Positions 29,654-39,370 of a stretch of DNA of 64,000 nucleotides are shown here, one piece after another. The stretch is from a virus. A program made the translations under genes and the position numbers. Under the pieces are notes generated by a model, which saw only the letters and a list, made by a program, of their open reading frames with translations, was not told the DNA's origin and made no database searches. Within the stretch, counting starts at the first letter, position 1, and each line of letters opens with the position of its first letter. The stretch lies in the IMG/VR virus record IMGVR_UViG_3300017917_001274, positions 4,128 to 68,127 of that record. One strand, 5' to 3'.

Positions 29654-30082
29654 ATGGGCACAAGATCAAGAGTAGCGGTAATGCATGGGGACGTATGCAA
29701 GAGTGTATACTGTCACTATGATGGCTATTTAGAGTACACAGGCGAGAACCTGTACAAGAACTACGATTCCGTAGCAGCAAATGCCCTGATAGCACGTGGG
29801 GACAACAGTGGTGTCAAAGAGACCCTGGACGAAATGAACTTCTATGCTGATCGCGGGGGTTACGATGGGCAGGTCGTGGAGTGGCAAGTGGCACACTCAT
29901 TTGAAGAGTTCCTTGATCAAGTCCACGGCTGCGGTGCTGAGTATTACTACGTGCTGCAGAATGGGGTATGGTACTGTGGCGCTGTCTACGATACTGCTGT
30001 GCTCAAGAAAGAAACGCTGGTACCCCTGGGTGATGCCCTTGCTGCGCTCACAGTGGATAACCTGGTAGCAGAGGAAGAATAA
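29654..30082 (+). CDS. Conserved phage early protein (MGTRS...YCHYDGY type)
   Basis: Promoter 29593 plus GGAGCGAA RBS. Confidence 0.7.
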   Translation: MGTRSRVAVMHGDVCKSVYCHYDGYLEYTGENLYKNYDSVAANALIARGDNSGVKETLDEMNFYADRGGYDGQVVEWQVAHSFEEFLDQVHGCGAEYYYVLQNGVWYCGAVYDTAVLKKETLVPLGDALAALTVDNLVAEEE

Positions 30083-30174
30083 CCCAGACTTGTATAGGGT
30101 TATTAATTAGGGGTTGACAAGACCCTCAAAAGAGTGCATAATAGAGGTATTGTAATTAATTAGGAGCGAAAAGA

Positions 30175-31245
30175 ATGCCAGCAATTGTAGAAATTAGAGA
30201 GGGTACATATCGTATCCGCGGACAAGAAACTTCCATGCAGGGCTATCGTTTTGAGCTCGTAGAAGGTTTTAAAACAGGTGCCCAGGGTGGCTATGTTACA
30301 GTTGCAGGGGCATCAGTTCAACCCCCTAACACAGGTATCCCAGAAAGGGCTATTCGTATCAAATGCGCTTCCACAGAGAGTTACATGATTGTCACAGGTG
30401 AAGCACCAGCAATGCCCGCAGGCGACAAGAGCTTGGAGCAGATCAAAGTCAGTGACGCTGTAGTAGCACACGAAACTGATGAAGCAATTGTAGAGCGTCT
30501 ACGCAATCGTTTCGAAGTGCTCAAGGACATGACCAAAGCTGTTAAAGGGGGTACTGTTCGTGCTATGATTGTCACGGGCCCTCCGGGTGTGGGCAAGAGC
30601 TTTGGTGTTGAAGAAGTTCTCAGCAAGGACGATCTGTTTGATAAAATTGGACAGCGCAAGCCCAAGTATGAGATCGTCAAGGGTGCCATGTCAGCTATTG
30701 GACTGTATACCAAGCTGTATCAGTACAGTGAGAAGGGCAATGTCATTGTGTTCGATGACTGTGACTCTGTGCTGTTGGACGACTTGAGCTTGAACATCCT
30801 TAAGGCAGCACTGGACTCATCTAAGAAGCGTACTATTTCTTGGAACACTGACAGTCGTATACTACGCAATGAGGGTGTTCCTGACAGGTTTGAATTCAAA
30901 GCGGGTGCCATTTTTATTACTAATATTAAATTTGAGAATGTACGCTCTAAGAAGTTGCAGGACCATTTGAGTGCCTTAGAGAGTCGTTGTCACTATATTG
31001 ACTTGCAAATGGACACAGATCGCGAGAAAGTACTACGCATCAAGCAGATCGTACAGGACGGTATGTTGGATGCATACGAGTTCGAAGACGTTCAGCGTGA
31101 TGAAGTTGTGGACTTTATCATTGAGAACCGTGCTAAGATGCGTGAGTTGAGTCTGCGTACTGTGCTCAAAGTTGCAGATTTGCGTAAGAGCTTCGCAACT
31201 AACTGGAAGAGCATGGCAGAAGTCACTGTTATGAAGAGGGTTTAA
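30175..31245 (+). CDS. P-loop AAA-type ATPase
   Basis: Walker A GPPGVGKS, Walker B IVFDDCD, ALESRC Arg finger. Confidence 0.85.
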   Translation: MPAIVEIREGTYRIRGQETSMQGYRFELVEGFKTGAQGGYVTVAGASVQPPNTGIPERAIRIKCASTESYMIVTGEAPAMPAGDKSLEQIKVSDAVVAHETDEAIVERLRNRFEVLKDMTKAVKGGTVRAMIVTGPPGVGKSFGVEEVLSKDDLFDKIGQRKPKYEIVKGAMSAIGLYTKLYQYSEKGNVIVFDDCDSVLLDDLSLNILKAALDSSKKRTISWNTDSRILRNEGVPDRFEFKAGAIFITNIKFENVRSKKLQDHLSALESRCHYIDLQMDTDREKVLRIKQIVQDGMLDAYEFEDVQRDEVVDFIIENRAKMRELSLRTVLKVADLRKSFATNWKSMAEVTVMKRV

Positions 31246-31246
31246 T

Positions 31247-31486
31247 ATGGGAGCATGTACATATTTGGGCAAGGACTTTGACCCCCGCACGTGGGATTAC
31301 TTTAACAAACCCACACCCTACTGCGGGTGCCAAACTCTGGAGGGCAAGAATTATTGTGCTGACCACTACTATGTGGTATATAAAAAGGGCACTGCCTACG
31401 CTGGCAAGAAGGCTGAAAAGGCCATCGAGGCAGAGATCGCAGAGCTGAAACGACAGCAAGAGCTGGAGGAGGATGTAAATGTTTAA
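31247..31486 (+). CDS. Small Cys/His protein (GcrA C-terminal-like Zn motif)
   Basis: C.Y.G...YCG......YCADH. Confidence 0.5.
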   Translation: MGACTYLGKDFDPRTWDYFNKPTPYCGCQTLEGKNYCADHYYVVYKKGTAYAGKKAEKAIEAEIAELKRQQELEEDVNV

Positions 31487-31682
31487 GAGCACACTGTTCT
31501 TTATATTTGTAGTGGCGTTGGTAACTGTTTTGGTAGTAGCTGGGCCTGTATTGGTAATTTGGGCTTGGAACACACTGTTTGGATCGCTGTTCGCAATACC
31601 CTACACGATCTGGACGTGGTTGGCAGTACTGATCTTAGGAGTGTTTATCCGTAGTGACGTAAGGATTGCCAAAAAGAGTTGA
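31479..31682 (+). CDS. Small membrane protein
   Basis: Two hydrophobic segments. Confidence 0.55.
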   Translation: MFKSTLFFIFVVALVTVLVVAGPVLVIWAWNTLFGSLFAIPYTIWTWLAVLILGVFIRSDVRIAKKS

Positions 31683-31788
31683 TATTGGTAATCTTTAAGT
31701 TGACTGTAGATCAGAACGGTAGTAAACTTGTAACACGCTGAAGAAAAGGTAATCAGCTTTTTAACTTAACTAATGAAGGAACACACAC

Positions 31789-32061
31789 ATGAAACACTTT
31801 AACAAAAACACTAAGACTTTTAAGGTATTCAACGCATTGTATAACGGTGCTACTTTAACTGCTGCCGAAGCTAAGAAGCGTTTTGGCGTAGGTAACTTGG
31901 CTGCTGAAGCAAGCCGCATCCGTGCAAATGGTTACGCTGTTTACGCCAACAGCCGTGTTGCAGGTAATGGTGTTAAGGTAACTGAATATGTATTGGGCAA
32001 GCCAAGCCGTAAGATTGTTGCCCTTGGTTACAAAGCCGCTCAGATGGGTATCACCCTCTAA
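31789..32061 (+). CDS. Small basic winged-HTH DNA-binding protein
   Basis: LTAAEAKKRFGVGNLAAEASRIRANGYAV helix-turn-helix plus wing. Biased codon usage and own promoter at 31700. Confidence 0.65.
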   Translation: MKHFNKNTKTFKVFNALYNGATLTAAEAKKRFGVGNLAAEASRIRANGYAVYANSRVAGNGVKVTEYVLGKPSRKIVALGYKAAQMGITL

Positions 32062-32071
32062 GACGCAGAGT

Positions 32072-32140
32072 TCAAATTCCAATCCGATTCGCTCCCGGGG
32101 CGGGGTTTGGGGAAGGGTCCAGAAGGGCCCTTTCTTTTTG
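32072..32140 (+). ncRNA. 3'-UTR hairpin displaying ATTCGCTCC loop, followed by intrinsic terminator (copy 1)
   Basis: TCAAATTCC-AA-TCCG[ATTCGCTCC]CGGG-GC-GGGGTTTGG, then GAAGGGTCC-AGAA-GGGCCCTTTC-TTTTT. Confidence 0.6.
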
Positions 32141-32286
32141 GCCTTACTGTGGCAAAAATACAACACCCCCGGCACTCCTCCCCTGGCAAAGATTTACTGC
32201 ACAAACTTAGGCTCATTGTGCGTCATTGTGGGGTTGACATTTTGGGCAAATGATCGTATAATAAGTATATTATGAAGGAGCGAACA

Positions 32287-32919
32287 ATGAACTTCACTGC
32301 AGATCAAGTATGGGGCCTTGCTGTTGCTGCTGATCGTATCAACGGTGGATACCTCAAAGAAGATCAATACGACTTCCACGTGGATCAAAAGAACCCTGTG
32401 AAGAGGGCCAACAAGATCATGATCAAGACCTGGCTGCGTGAAGGCACACTGGCTGTGGCCACAGAAGCAGACATTGCTGCTGGCCGTGAATACAGGGATC
32501 ATTTCAAAACATATACATTCAAAGCCATTGCGGGTCAGCTCAACGACTTTCAGCAGACTGCTATGAAGATCGCTGCCAAAGACTCGTTCACGGGCCGCGA
32601 TATGTATGACTTTGCTGTTATCGGATGCCTACCCGATGTTGCCCGTAGAGATCGTGCCAACACAGAGCTCAAGAGAGAGATCTATGCTTCAGAACCCCTG
32701 GGCGGCAACGTGGGTGACGTAGTGCAAGGTGAGATCACTGTGGTCCAGTGCCGTTACAATCCTAACTACGACAAGTTCCGGGTCTCTGCTCGTATGGGCG
32801 ATTCCTTCCTGGACTTTTGGATTGGATCTAAGCTGGAGGGCACCCCTACTATACGTGGCAAGATCAAAGCCCGTAGACCGGACGGTGTTACCCAGCTGAA
32901 CTTTGTAAAAATCAAATAA
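32287..32919 (+). CDS. Hypothetical early protein (C-terminal OB-fold-like)
   Basis: Start MNFTADQ after GGAGCGAA; promoter 32234. Confidence 0.6.
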   Translation: MNFTADQVWGLAVAADRINGGYLKEDQYDFHVDQKNPVKRANKIMIKTWLREGTLAVATEADIAAGREYRDHFKTYTFKAIAGQLNDFQQTAMKIAAKDSFTGRDMYDFAVIGCLPDVARRDRANTELKREIYASEPLGGNVGDVVQGEITVVQCRYNPNYDKFRVSARMGDSFLDFWIGSKLEGTPTIRGKIKARRPDGVTQLNFVKIK

Positions 32920-33006
32920 CCCTTCGGTTGACAAGGTCTTTGTTTGATGCTATAATACTAATACTGAGAGAAGTAATGTTTGAAGTAAATCTAAAGCGAG
33001 GTCTAT

Positions 33007-34092
33007 ATGAGTAAAACCACTGATGTATCCGTCCGTCAAGTTGGCCCTAAGTCAGCCAAGAAATCCATCCGTAAGGCGCTGAGTGTTCGCCGTCCTACTT
33101 TCCTTTGGGGCCCTCCAGGAATTGGTAAATCCGATGTGGTCAAGCAGATTGGCGAAGAACTCAAGCGTGAAGTAATTGACGTTCGCTTGGCCCTGTGGGA
33201 ACCCACAGACATCAAAGGTATTCCTTATTACAACTCGGACAAGGGTGCCATGGTTTGGGCTCCTCCTGCAGAATTGCCCACAGACCCAGAGTCCACTGCT
33301 ATTATCTTCCTTGATGAGTTGAACTCTGCTCCTCCGGCTGTTCAGGCAGCGGCCTATCAGTTGATCCTGAATCGCCGTGTTGGTACCTATGAATTGCCCA
33401 AAGGCGTTGATGTAGTGGCCGCGGGTAACCGTGAAGGCGATCGTGGTGTTACCTATCGTATGCCAGCGCCATTGGCCAACCGTTTCGTTCACTTGGAAAT
33501 GAAAGTGGACTTTGATGACTTCCAGGACTGGGCTACCCTTAACAAGGTGCATCCTGAGGTTGTAGGTTATGTAGGCTTTGCCAAGCAAGACTTGTATGAC
33601 TTTGATCCTAAGTCAGCATCCAAGGCTTTCGCAACTCCTCGCTCATGGGTGTTCGTATCCGATCTACTGTCAGATGATGATGTAGACACTGATACTCTAC
33701 ACAACTTGATCGCGGGTGCCGTTGGTGATGGCCTTGCACAGAAGTTCATGGCTCACCGTAAGATCGCAGGTCGTTTGCCCAAGGCAGATGACATCCTTGA
33801 TGGTAAAGTCAAAGACTTGCAGATCAAAGAAGTGTCAGCGATGTATTCCTTGACCGTTAGCCTCTGCTATGAGCTCAAAGATCGTGCAGAGAAGAAGGCA
33901 GCCAAGTGGGATGATATGGCGGATCGTTTCTTCCGTTATATGATGGATAACTTCCCAACTGAGCTCGTGGTCATGGGTGCCAAGACAGCCCTTACCAACT
34001 ATGACTTGCCCTTGGACGCAACTAAGATGAAGTCCTTTGACGAGTTCCATAAGAAGTATGGTAAGTATGTGCTTTCAGCGATGGAGAACTAA
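33007..34092 (+). CDS. MoxR-like AAA+ ATPase
   Basis: WGPPGIGKS, IFLDELN, VAAGNR, PLANRF. Confidence 0.9.
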   Translation: MSKTTDVSVRQVGPKSAKKSIRKALSVRRPTFLWGPPGIGKSDVVKQIGEELKREVIDVRLALWEPTDIKGIPYYNSDKGAMVWAPPAELPTDPESTAIIFLDELNSAPPAVQAAAYQLILNRRVGTYELPKGVDVVAAGNREGDRGVTYRMPAPLANRFVHLEMKVDFDDFQDWATLNKVHPEVVGYVGFAKQDLYDFDPKSASKAFATPRSWVFVSDLLSDDDVDTDTLHNLIAGAVGDGLAQKFMAHRKIAGRLPKADDILDGKVKDLQIKEVSAMYSLTVSLCYELKDRAEKKAAKWDDMADRFFRYMMDNFPTELVVMGAKTALTNYDLPLDATKMKSFDEFHKKYGKYVLSAMEN

Positions 34093-34206
34093 GACCTCGT
34101 TCATCGCAGGGTGTGGGCTTCTCAGGGCTCACACCCACCTTTATTGGGCGGTTGACAACTGAGAATTTTGGTGCTATAATATATACATATATTAGGAGAG
34201 CGAACA

Positions 34207-35415
34207 ATGCAAGATCCAATCGTAGAGAAACTGACAACTGCCCGAGTTGGCCTTCTGCTCAAAGCACCTTTCTTTGGTAATATGGCAACTCGTATGCGTC
34301 TCATTGACGCTTCAGACTGGTGCCCAACCGCGGCAACCAACGGTCGTGACTTTATGTATAACAAAGAGTTCGTGACCAAACTATCTGTTAAGAAGTTAGA
34401 GTTCCTCTTTGCACACGAAATCTGTCACGCTATCTTTGATCACTTTGGCCGTGTAGGTAGCCGTGATCGTATGCTGTCTAATATCGCTCAGGACTATGCT
34501 GTCAATCAGATCCTTGTCGATGAGCGTATTGGCGAGAAGATCACTGAAGTTCAGATCTGCTATGACAGCAAATATCGTGGTAAGGCTTGGGAAGAGATCT
34601 ATGACGAGCTCTACGAAAAAGCAGAGAAGGTGTCTATGCCTGAATTGCTCAAAGAGTTAGGTGACTTGCTTGACGAGCATATCAAAGAAGAAGAGGGTGC
34701 CGGCAGTGAGGGCGACAAGACCAAAGACGGTAAGAGTAAGCCCAGCCTTAGCAAAGAAGAAGCACAGAAGATCAAGGACGAGATCAAGCAGGCTATGATC
34801 CAGAGTGCCGCGGCCGCAGGTGCAGGTAAGGTACCCGCAGGTATCCAACGCATGATCAAGAACTTAACTGAGCCTAAGATGGATTGGCGTCAGTTGGTTC
34901 GCCAAGAGATCCAGAGCATTGTTCGCAATGACTATTCCTTTACTCGCCCTAACCGTAAGAGTATGCACAGTGGTGCTATCCTTCCGGGCATGAAAGAAGC
35001 AACTACCATTGACGTGGCTATCGCTATCGATATGTCAGGTAGTATCGGTGAAGCAGACGCAACTGTATTCCTTTCAGAGATCAAAGGTATTATGGATCAA
35101 TACGAGGACTTTAAGATCAACTTGTGGTGCTTTGATACAGAGATCTACAATCATCAGGCTATCACACATGATAACAGTGACGATCTATTAAACTATGAGC
35201 CTATGGGCGGTGGTGGCACAGACTTTGAAGTGAACTTTACTTTCATGGAAGAGAATGGCATTATGCCCAAGAAGTTCATTATGTTCACAGACGGCTATCC
35301 TTGTGGTAGTTGGGGTCCTGAGGACTATTGCGATACGATCTTTATTGTCAAAGGCAATACATCCGCAGAAGCGCCGTTTGGTCAGACAGTGATCTACGAA
35401 AAGGAAACGGCCTAA
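34207..35415 (+). CDS. Metallopeptidase-like (HExxH) + VWA domain protein (DUF2201 type)
   Basis: TAATNGR, AHEICH, MIDAS motif IDMSGS, GGGGTDF, FTDGY. Confidence 0.85.
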   Translation: MQDPIVEKLTTARVGLLLKAPFFGNMATRMRLIDASDWCPTAATNGRDFMYNKEFVTKLSVKKLEFLFAHEICHAIFDHFGRVGSRDRMLSNIAQDYAVNQILVDERIGEKITEVQICYDSKYRGKAWEEIYDELYEKAEKVSMPELLKELGDLLDEHIKEEEGAGSEGDKTKDGKSKPSLSKEEAQKIKDEIKQAMIQSAAAAGAGKVPAGIQRMIKNLTEPKMDWRQLVRQEIQSIVRNDYSFTRPNRKSMHSGAILPGMKEATTIDVAIAIDMSGSIGEADATVFLSEIKGIMDQYEDFKINLWCFDTEIYNHQAITHDNSDDLLNYEPMGGGGTDFEVNFTFMEENGIMPKKFIMFTDGYPCGSWGPEDYCDTIFIVKGNTSAEAPFGQTVIYEKETA

Positions 35416-35546
35416 GAGTGCCGGCGGGTGTGGCATTTTTGCCACAGACCCCGCTGCTACACGTATACATGTGTATAGGTAGATGGTTGACATTTAGACA
35501 AATTGGTGCTATACTATAGGTATAGTAAGTAGAAAGGAGCGGTAAG

Positions 35547-35961
35547 ATGGAACTGTTAATTGCATTCGTAGCAGGACTGTTAGTAATGGATTTCCTTTGG
35601 GCTTGGCGTATGGGCATTCCCCAAGCTCTGTGGTATAAGTTCAAGCATCGCAATGACCCAAAACCTAACTATTCAGAATGGAGTGAAGACTAATGATTAA
35701 GATCATTATTGCATTCGTAGCAGGGATGTTTGTGGCAACTGTAGGCATCTCTGGGGTGGCTAACGCAGTAGACAAGGCCGTTGGTAAAACTCAAGAGGTT
35801 ATGAAGGAAACTGTTAAATGAGCTACTTTAAATTATACGAAGATCCTATGTATGATGAAGACGGTCAGCTTGTTGACGAGGACTCTGATGAAGGTGATTG
35901 GGAAGATGATATTCCTGTACACACAGACGAACTCAGCCCTTACATCACGGTGAATTCATGA
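35547..35961 (+). CDS. Three coupled micro-ORFs (35547-35693, 35693-35821, 35818-35961)
   Basis: TAATG and ATGA overlaps. The first two are TM peptides sharing IAFVAG; the third is very acidic. Confidence 0.55.
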
Positions 35962-36251
35962 GCAGACTTGAATACTATTCACGCCCATGGGTCGCGTTTG
36001 ATGCAGAGAACAAAGAGCACAGACGTTATTACGCAGAGTTCCTGAAGTTCAACACCTGGGGTCGTTGTCCAGTGCGTTTCATAGTCACAGACGAACACGC
36101 AGACAACCTGCCCACGATGATCCGCAACAAACTCTGCGAATACTACGTGGCACAGGAGTTCAAGGGCGAGAAGCTGGAAAAGAGAGGCCCTAAGCATCGT
36201 AAGGTTATTGGGTTGACAAATGGCGGGCACGGTGTTATAATAGAATCATAG
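35958..36251 (+). CDS. Hypothetical early protein
   Basis: 97 aa, ATGA-coupled. Confidence 0.55.
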   Translation: MSRLEYYSRPWVAFDAENKEHRRYYAEFLKFNTWGRCPVRFIVTDEHADNLPTMIRNKLCEYYVAQEFKGEKLEKRGPKHRKVIGLTNGGHGVIIES

Positions 36252-36271
36252 TAACTGATAAGGAGCGAACC

Positions 36272-36619
36272 ATGTCAAATTTCGAAACGATCAAAGTCCA
36301 GATGGCCCACGTCAAAGCCATGGACGCAGCACAGAAGGCCGCTCAGGCATTCGCAGACAAACACTTCGGCGGCCGAGACGGGGGTGCCTGTGGCTTTGCT
36401 TGGGTCACGGTCAATGAAGTCCGCAGCAACTCTAAGATGGGCAAGGCCCTTGCAGAAGTGGGATTCCGTCCAGGTTATCCACGTGGTCTGCAACTGTGGA
36501 ATCGCTGGTGGAACGGTCAATCCGTAGATGCTGCTGAGCATGGGGCAACTGCCTATGCGATGGTCATGAAGGAAGAGTTGGGTCTCGAAACTATCTATTC
36601 GGGATCACGGTTAGATTAA
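36272..36619 (+). CDS. Hypothetical early protein (CGFAWV type)
   Basis: Promoter 36213 plus GGAGCGAA RBS. Confidence 0.65.
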   Translation: MSNFETIKVQMAHVKAMDAAQKAAQAFADKHFGGRDGGACGFAWVTVNEVRSNSKMGKALAEVGFRPGYPRGLQLWNRWWNGQSVDAAEHGATAYAMVMKEELGLETIYSGSRLD

Positions 36620-36720
36620 GGCGATGCTTGTTTTGACCCTACGATTTGTAGGGTCTTTTTTTTGGTTGACAGATTGGTAAAAGTATGTTATTATATACAC
36701 ATACTAAGAAGGAGCGAAAA

Positions 36721-36987
36721 ATGATAGATCAATTATACCAACAGACTGAAAAAGAAGCAACCGTGGCAGCCCTAAAGGGTCCTCAGTTTGTGCGTAACCG
36801 CCATGGTTCATTGTATGATCGTGGCAGTGCCGATTCATACTACCGCCGTCCTCCACAGCCACACTACGGTGGTGTAGGTGGTGACTCAGGTGATCGTGTC
36901 CATGTGCAGGACGCAGAGTCAGTAAAGGAATACATGGCTGGCTATAACTATAACGAAGCCACTGGCTGTTTCAAGGACTACGATTAA
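36721..36987 (+). CDS. Hypothetical early protein
   Basis: Start MIDQLY after GGAGCGAA; HGSLYDRGSADSYY. Confidence 0.6.
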   Translation: MIDQLYQQTEKEATVAALKGPQFVRNRHGSLYDRGSADSYYRRPPQPHYGGVGGDSGDRVHVQDAESVKEYMAGYNYNEATGCFKDYD

Positions 36988-37319
36988 TGGAAGCAGTGCG
37001 TGAGGTCACTGATTGGGACACACCCAATCATACCTACTTGCTGGACGGCACAACTCTGATTGCCTATATCAAGCAGGGCGACACAGAGCCTTTCTACTTT
37101 AAGAAAGGTATCAAGAACTTTGATAAGCGTGGCCGTAAGTTTGTGCCAGCCGATGCGAGCCTCTTTGATTCCCACGTGAATACAGTTGAGAATGCACTGC
37201 AGATGATCCAGGGATCCAAGGGTGCCGTTTATTATGTAGATCCTGTAGAGAAGACCTGCACTTGCCCTGGTTACACATTCAGGGGCAAATGTAAGCACAC
37301 GGAGGGATTATATGCCTAA
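36987..37319 (+). CDS. SWIM-type Zn finger protein
   Basis: C-terminal CTCPGYTFRGKCKH. Confidence 0.7.
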   Translation: MEAVREVTDWDTPNHTYLLDGTTLIAYIKQGDTEPFYFKKGIKNFDKRGRKFVPADASLFDSHVNTVENALQMIQGSKGAVYYVDPVEKTCTCPGYTFRGKCKHTEGLYA

Positions 37320-37548
37320 GTATGTGTTTGAAGTCTATCGCAGAAGTATAGTCTGTGAAACCTACTTCATAGAGGCTGATTCTGAAGAGGAAGCACTGGA
37401 GATGGCCAACGATGGGGACACACCCGATCCGCAGATAGACTTCCTCGATTGGTATGACGATACCTACACTGTAGAGGGTAAAGAGTGCATTGACCCTTTG
37501 TATAAGATGGTTAAAGGCTACAAATCGGTTGACAAATTGGATGTTTGA
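37312..37548 (+). CDS. Small acidic protein
   Basis: IEADSEEEALEMA motif, similar to 40102-40236. Confidence 0.55.
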   Translation: MPKYVFEVYRRSIVCETYFIEADSEEEALEMANDGDTPDPQIDFLDWYDDTYTVEGKECIDPLYKMVKGYKSVDKLDV

Positions 37549-37583
37549 CTGTATAATATACACATAACTTAGAGGAGCGACTT

Positions 37584-38171
37584 ATGCCAAATTGGTGTTC
37601 AAACTTTGTAGCAATCACAGGTCCCAAGGCTCGCATTGCTGAGCTCAAGGATGCTTATGATCGTGGTGAGTTCTGTGAGTCTGTTATCCCAGTTCCCCAA
37701 CCACTCAAAGACGCTGTTGCTGATGGAAGCGTCGATGAAGAGCTCGTCAAAGAGTTTGGCTACGCTAACTGGTATGACTTTTGTGTGAACCGTTGGGGAA
37801 CCAAATGGGATTTTGGTGGTGACGGTGGCGCAGACTTAGATGACAACGGTGAGTGCCTAACAATATCATTTGACTCAGCGTGGGCTCCTCCTGTGGGCGT
37901 CTATGAAGAGTTAGATCTTGAAGGACTCAAGATCGAAGCCTGCTACTATGAACCAGGGTGCGGATTCTGCGGTATGTATACCTCTGAGTCAGGCGATGAC
38001 TGCTATGATATTTCAAACATGTCAGCAGATCAAGTAGCAAACATGATTCCACAGGAGTTAGATGACTGCATGGGCATCACAGAAACTATGCGTGAATACG
38101 AAGAGCCAGAAGAGTTATCAGAATGGCTCAAGGATGGTATTGAGGCTCGTAAAGAGCAGGGAGTGGCCTAA
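37584..38171 (+). CDS. DUF1281/YubB ferredoxin-like family protein
   Basis: MPNWCSN, WYDFCVNRWGTKWD, FDSAWAPP, YYEPGCGFCG. Confidence 0.75.
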   Translation: MPNWCSNFVAITGPKARIAELKDAYDRGEFCESVIPVPQPLKDAVADGSVDEELVKEFGYANWYDFCVNRWGTKWDFGGDGGADLDDNGECLTISFDSAWAPPVGVYEELDLEGLKIEACYYEPGCGFCGMYTSESGDDCYDISNMSADQVANMIPQELDDCMGITETMREYEEPEELSEWLKDGIEARKEQGVA

Positions 38172-38464
38172 TGGCCTTCTTAGCCAAGCTCAATCGCAAC
38201 TACAAGGGCTATGGACACTTCACGCACCGCGTGGAGTTCTATGGCTACGGTGACGCAAACAGGAAGCATGTGCAACAGCAGTGGATTAAGCTACGCAACT
38301 ATCTGTGGAACCGTTTTGGACCCAGTGCCGAACAAGAGCTTGCTCGTCCGGACAACTTTGACGGAGTTCAGCCAAAATGGGCCTGGGACGGCGAAAAGAG
38401 CAGTATATACTTGCGTGATGAAGCATTGGTAGAGTTCCTATTACAGCAGGAGAAGTATGTATGA
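38171..38464 (+). CDS. Hypothetical early protein
   Basis: 97 aa, TAATG-coupled. Confidence 0.55.
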   Translation: MAFLAKLNRNYKGYGHFTHRVEFYGYGDANRKHVQQQWIKLRNYLWNRFGPSAEQELARPDNFDGVQPKWAWDGEKSSIYLRDEALVEFLLQQEKYV

Positions 38465-38722
38465 GAGAATACAAATACATGTTCACTGTGATCTGCAAGG
38501 GTGCAGGTCGAGCGGACGAGGGCCGAGTCGAAACCATGATCGATTTGGCCATGCAGGATCTGGTCTATGATGACGAGTTTATCGCAGCATTAGACGAGAA
38601 GGAGGCTGTAACCATTCAGGTGTCTCGTTTGGGCATCTAAATGGTTGCAGTTTTGAGCAATCGAGTGTATAATTAATACTCGAGCAGTAACAACGTTAAC
38701 ACACACAGAAAGAGGTAACAAA

Positions 38723-39022
38723 ATGGCAACAAACAAAAAGTTCGCAGTAGCAGGTGTAAGTACTTTAAACGGTAAGACCAAGATCCGTTTCGCTAACGAC
38801 GTTATGCGTATCAAGATCCTGGCCAAGAACGGACACACGGGTGTAGAACTGATTGATTTACCCCATGAGATGACCAAAGCTGAAATCGCGCAGCATCTCG
38901 TTGAAATTGGATTTGGCAAGGGCAACTCCGCTATCGAAGCTGCCATTGCGTACACTATCAAGAAGAATCCGGCTGGGAAGCCCGAGAAAACAGCAGCCGT
39001 CAAGGCCGCAGTCGCAGCTTAA
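38723..39022 (+). CDS. Small basic Ala/Lys-rich protein (possible nucleic-acid binder)
   Basis: 99 aa, biased codon usage, own promoter at 38645, AGAGGT RBS. Confidence 0.6.
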   Translation: MATNKKFAVAGVSTLNGKTKIRFANDVMRIKILAKNGHTGVELIDLPHEMTKAEIAQHLVEIGFGKGNSAIEAAIAYTIKKNPAGKPEKTAAVKAAVAA

Positions 39023-39088
39023 CCGATTCGCTCCCGGTTCTAAGCTGTAGTTTGGGGGGTGTTGTGTAAAAACAACACCTCTTTTTTT
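39014..39088 (+). ncRNA. 3'-UTR hairpin displaying ATTCGCTCC loop, followed by intrinsic terminator (copy 2)
   Basis: GCAGCTTA-ACCG[ATTCGCTCC]CGGT-TC-TAAGCTGT, then GGGGTGTTGT...ACAACACCTC-TTTTTTT. Confidence 0.6.
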
Positions 39089-39146
39089 GGTTGACATTTT
39101 GGACAAACGGTGCTATACTGTTTGTAATTAAACAATAGGAGTGAAC

Positions 39147-39314
39147 ATGCTAACTAACAAACCTTTAACAGCTACAGAAGCAACTGAGATGATTGCACAA
39201 TTGGACGCTATTGCGGACAGACTATTTGCAGCTGGTTACAACACGTTAGGCAACAACACACAGGAAATTGTGTATTGTATGGAAGCTAATTTAGCAGAGC
39301 AACTGGAAGGTTGA
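39147..39314 (+). CDS. Small hypothetical early protein (not in ORF track)
   Basis: Promoter 39091, GGAGTGAA RBS, 55 aa. Confidence 0.5.
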   Translation: MLTNKPLTATEATEMIAQLDAIADRLFAAGYNTLGNNTQEIVYCMEANLAEQLEG

Positions 39315-39370
39315 CTTTTGGCGTGTTTGGCAGTATAATATACACATATAGTTAAACAAAGGAGCGAGCA

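Noticed and set aside
33052-33588. 178-aa antisense ORF, and similar shadow ORFs such as 2947-3309, 30381-30713 and 38590-39003
   Set aside because: They lie opposite well-supported genes with biased codon usage and have no RBS or recognisable motifs.
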